From Ginglymostoma cirratum (taxonomy: Eukaryota), in the NCBI GenBank assembly GCA_024137785.1, contig JAHRHZ010000102.1, positions 1 through 64,000 on the forward strand: a DNA stretch of 64,000 bases, in the 5' to 3' direction. A program made the translations under genes and the position numbers. Numbering within the stretch: position 1 is the first letter of the stretch; each line of letters starts with the position of its first letter. The notes under the pieces are model-generated. The model was not told the DNA's origin, made no database searches, and worked only from the letters and a program-made list of their open reading frames with translations. Of the stretch, positions 60,125 through 64,000 are shown one piece after another.

Positions 60125-60869
60125 GTTTTAGTTTGTCATGGCACAAGAGGGTAATGAGGAAAGTCAATTCTGAACAAAGTTTGCGGGAAAACACGTTTCT
60201 GTGAATTGGAAAATGACTCAACGGTTGACAAACATTCTGCGAGTTTTCAAAATGTGAAGAAATATCTGCGGAGAGCGAAAAGAAGGCGATTCTTTTCATC
60301 TCCAAGACATTTCTCACATGGGTGACTGCGCTGAGTTAAATTTCTGGAAAAAGCTGTTAAACTCGTTTCAATTTATTCACTTAGCTGCAAACTTGCACAG
60401 GTCATTGAAATAATTAAAAAGGAATCAGATTTATCTCGTTCAGACGTTCGAATGTGACATTCTACTCGAGTTAGAAAATTTATCAGCTTAAAATACAGAG
60501 CTGCTGATAAGAAGGGTGGGTTCAAAATGCAAAAAAAAGGACAGAATCTTGTTGTGGATTTCTTGGATGGAGTTCAGAAACTATGAAATGTACCTGTAAT
60601 CATCGGAATGTGGTCAAATTTTTAAGGTAACAGTTTAAAGCGGGAGTTGCGTCTCTCAGCGACAGTTCCCTTCCAACTCGAAAAGGCCTAACTTTACTTC
60701 TTAAATTGAAAACATGTTCAGTTCCATTTATAATGCTTCACGGAGAATGAACTGCCAATCTTATTCAGCTGCACGTGTACAATAAATTTCTTTGCACGTG
60801 AAGTCAAAGAAATTTGAAACTATTCCCCACCCACCCAAAGACTTTCTCTCACTGTTATGGTGCCTGTTT

Positions 60870-61350
60870 AGGGACCTTAGGGTGAAGATACAGAATTCTT
60901 TGAAGTTTACGGCACATATAGAGAGGTTAAACAGGATTTTGGCACGCTTACTTGCATTGCTTAATCGTTTGAATTTAGGAGTTGGGAAGTCATGTTAAAG
61001 TTGCACAGGACGTTGGTGAGGCCTCTTCTGGAATACAGTGTGCAGTTTCGGTCGCACAGTTGGAGGAGGCATATTATTAAGCTGGCGAGTATTAAAAAGA
61101 CGTTTACCAAGATGTTACCTGGTATGGAAGTTTTGAGTTATAAATCAAGGTTGGATAGACTTGGACAGTTTTTCCTCTGGTTCTTAGGAGGTTGAGAGGC
61201 GACCTGACAGAAGTTTATAAAATAACGAGACGTGTAGACAGTAATAATGGTAGTTTCCTTTTCTCTGGTATGGGAGATTTGAAGATCAGAGGACATTTTA
61301 AAGTTGTGAGGAGATATTCTTAAGAAAAGATACGAGAGGCAGAATGTCAC
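60870..61350 (+). mobile_element. CR1-like LINE ORF2 C-terminal fragment
   Basis: MLKLHRTLVRPLLEYSVQF..FTKMLPGMEVLSYKSRLDRLG. Confidence 0.85.
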
Positions 61351-63759
61351 AATGACTGTGAATAAAACAATGGCAAGTTCCTGCAGAGAAACAGGTGGCT
61401 AATTTTTAGAAGCAGGATAGGCGCTGTAAGGTAATCTATTTTATCCCACACAATAATCAAGCTAACATGTAACAAATAACTATGGATGCTGGAAATCTGA
61501 AACCAGAAAAAAGCGAATTGATAGACACTTTCAGAAGGTTGTTGTTGTTGTCCTCAAAAAAGGTTGTCCCAACCGTTACATTCCTTACTTGTCATTTGTC
61601 TGTGGATGGTAACATTTCCAGAATCGTGTACAATGACATTCAAATTTGTCTGACAACTATCAACAGCTGTTCTTTCATTACCATCCCGCTCTGTGTTTTA
61701 ACATCACGTAATTTGACAGTTCATCTTACTTTTCCAAACGTTTAAAACAATCCTATTCGTGGTTACGATGTGGAAGCGCTGGTATTGGACTGGTGTGGAC
61801 GCGAACAGAAGTCTCGCAACACCGGGTTACAGTCCAGTGAGTTTATTTGAAATGACAAGCTTTTGAGTGCTGCTCCTTCTTCATGATAAAATATACCTTC
61901 ATTGCAACAGTACATTCTACATTCAAAGAGGACAATGAGAGTGATCAATGACATCAGAGTGTGGGAACCTCGATGTTGCAGTGACCACAGTGTAACTGAG
62001 TTTCACGTTTACTTTGAGGTAGGGCAGTTTGAATCTAAGACGAGCGCTTTATACCTAAATAAAGACAATGTCACCACTTGAAGTGAGGATGGCCAAAATG
62101 AAGTGAAAGATTAAGTTAAGAAATTGTTCAGTGCAGACGCAATAGCAGAGATTTAAGGAAATAGTCCAGAATACACAAAAAACCCCAGTGTGTCTTTGTC
62201 AGTTTCCCATCGGTTTTGAAGATGAGCAAGCATATTTTCAGCCTGACTCTTGTTTCACAATCCCATTGCGTCACAGCACCCAGAAGGTAAGGGTCAGATA
62301 AATGACATGCAGAAGGTGAAAAGTACATCACGACACGCACAATGACAGATAAAGTGCTAAGGAAGCACGCAACACGCTGATATGGAGCGTACTTATTTAT
62401 GTGAAAGGCTTTTGTATATAATCCCTATTTCATAAAGACTTCCCTCACATTGGAAAAAAAATGAATTTCCGTCCGTGTAACTCTGATGAACAGCTAAATA
62501 TTTGCCTTGATACAGCAAGACTCTGTGAGTCAGTGACATTCTACCTTCTGTAACAGCGTGGTCTGGTGAAAGCGTGCTGCCCATCAACCGGAACTAAATA
62601 CATCAGAGGTTTCCAAAGTTCTGAAGAATGTATTTACTGCTCCTGCCGTCCCCTGTTACCCTATATCACCTGAGGTTCCCGCTTCCAGTAAACACTTCAA
62701 ACCCGGACAAATCTATTATATATTTCACATAGCTTTTGTCCCCAACTAAACTGTCAGAGGTATGATGAACCGATTGGCCTTCTCTGGCTCTCTCACTGTG
62801 GCATGACCGAAATGGTAAAGTGCATTGTGTCTCATCCACAGAATACCCTGCAGTATTTCCCCACGCCGAATCAGACAGCACCTTCCTCCCTGTGACATTA
62901 ACATGTTGTGTGATAATTTGTCGAGCAATGTGTCCCGCTGTGTCAATATCACCTTTGTCTAACTTCCCACATTCTGATGGTCAAACACTGATTTCACTCA
63001 GAATCACAAATTTATCACAGTGCAGATGGAAGCCATGCAGCCCTCCTCAGCTGTGCCTGTTCTCCACAATGAGGAAATGGGTCATTCTCTTGACGACTTC
63101 CTGTAACCCTGCACGTTGTTACTTTTAACGTAACCATTGAATTCGTTTTTTAATAACACGATCGAACCTCACTCTTTGTCGCAATCAGTGATTACAGTGA
63201 TTACAGACTCTAACCACTCCCTGTGTGAAATCATTTTACCTGATGTCACTTTTGCTTTTTCAAATGAACCTCTGCCTAATCACTCTCGATCCTCCCATGC
63301 ATGGGAACATTTTCTCCTTATTGATTCTGTGTCGACCCTTCATGACTTGGAAAACTTCAGACAGACCAGCTTTCAACCTTCCAGTCGATCTTCATCGCTG
63401 ACATTCCACACAGGCGATTCGATTTATTACTGTCATGTTTCTCTTGTTATTCACAACTCCGTTTATCACTTGAAAGACGCTGCTGCCTGAAACAGCGTGG
63501 GGAATTATTGCAGGGCGCCCTGTGCATGGAACACACTGCAACTAATTCGTTTCAACTTCACTGGCTTTTTGTGGAGGTTTCATTCAATGTTCGATGGCAT
63601 GGGCAAACATCATGAGGCATGTTTTGTGTTTTGCTTTGCCCTGTTGAACGCAATGGCACCTTCTGTCTCATTCGTCCTTCAAAAAGTCCGACCTGATTGA
63701 ACACAGTCTCTTTTTCGGAAAGCTGATCAGCGATTTGGCAAAACCCAAAACGGCAATCA

Positions 63760-63848
63760 GGGCTCATCCAGGAATTGACTCCAGGACCTCTCACACATCC
63801 ACATTCTACCATCCCCAAAGCACGAAGCATGCCCTAGACCAACAAGCC
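63760..63848 (-). pseudogene. tRNA-Pro(UGG)-derived with an 18-nt intron (63796-63813)
   Basis: GGCTTGTTGGTCTAGGGCATGCTTCGTGC TT TGG G [GATGGTAGAATGTGGATG] T GTGAGAGGTCCTGGAGTCAATTCCTGGATGAGCCC. Confidence 0.85.
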
Positions 63849-64000
63849 ATTGCCAGAGTTCCGTAGGCAGGGCTGAACCAGCTGGAACTTTCTCAGTCTG
63901 AAGTACATTTCACCTTGCTCCTGGGATCCAAAGCAGCAAAGAACGTCAAGAACAATCTCTGATTCTGTCTCCCTGCACTTGACACACTGTATAAAATTCA

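Noticed and set aside
460-63830. ORF-track entries as genuine protein-coding genes
   Set aside because: All are short. The recognisable ones are frameshifted CR1/Penelope or ZNF fragments, and the rest overlap tRNA relics or repeats with no domain signature.

Overview
Eukaryotic, vertebrate DNA, most likely a shark or other elasmobranch (inferred from HE1/V-SINE-like, CR1-like and Penelope-like repeats). I can support no intact protein-coding gene: the supplied ORFs are retroelement fragments, decayed C2H2 zinc-finger pieces or noise. The window is a repeatedly duplicated and inverted tRNA cluster with about 35 tRNA-derived sequences (Ser, Thr, Glu, Ile, His, Asp, Val, Pro, iMet, Arg), nearly all degenerate. 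These are interleaved with CR1-like LINE fragments, SINEs, a 5'-truncated Penelope-like element and many short Penelope-terminus insertions carrying minimal hammerhead-ribozyme cores. A tRNA-free stretch (about 40.5-54.3 kb) holds a CpG-rich promoter-like segment and ZNF-derived exon remnants. The most notable observation is that all six full-length tRNA-Pro copies (AGG, UGG and CGG classes) carry a 13-18 nt insert at the canonical 37/38 intron site. Five of the six keep the U32:A anticodon-intron pair, and intron position -5 is complementary to the wobble base in each. This points to an intron-containing tRNA-Pro family outside the usual vertebrate intron set (Tyr-GUA, Ile-UAU, Leu-CAA, Arg-UCU). 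All alignments were made by eye, and repeat boundaries are approximate.
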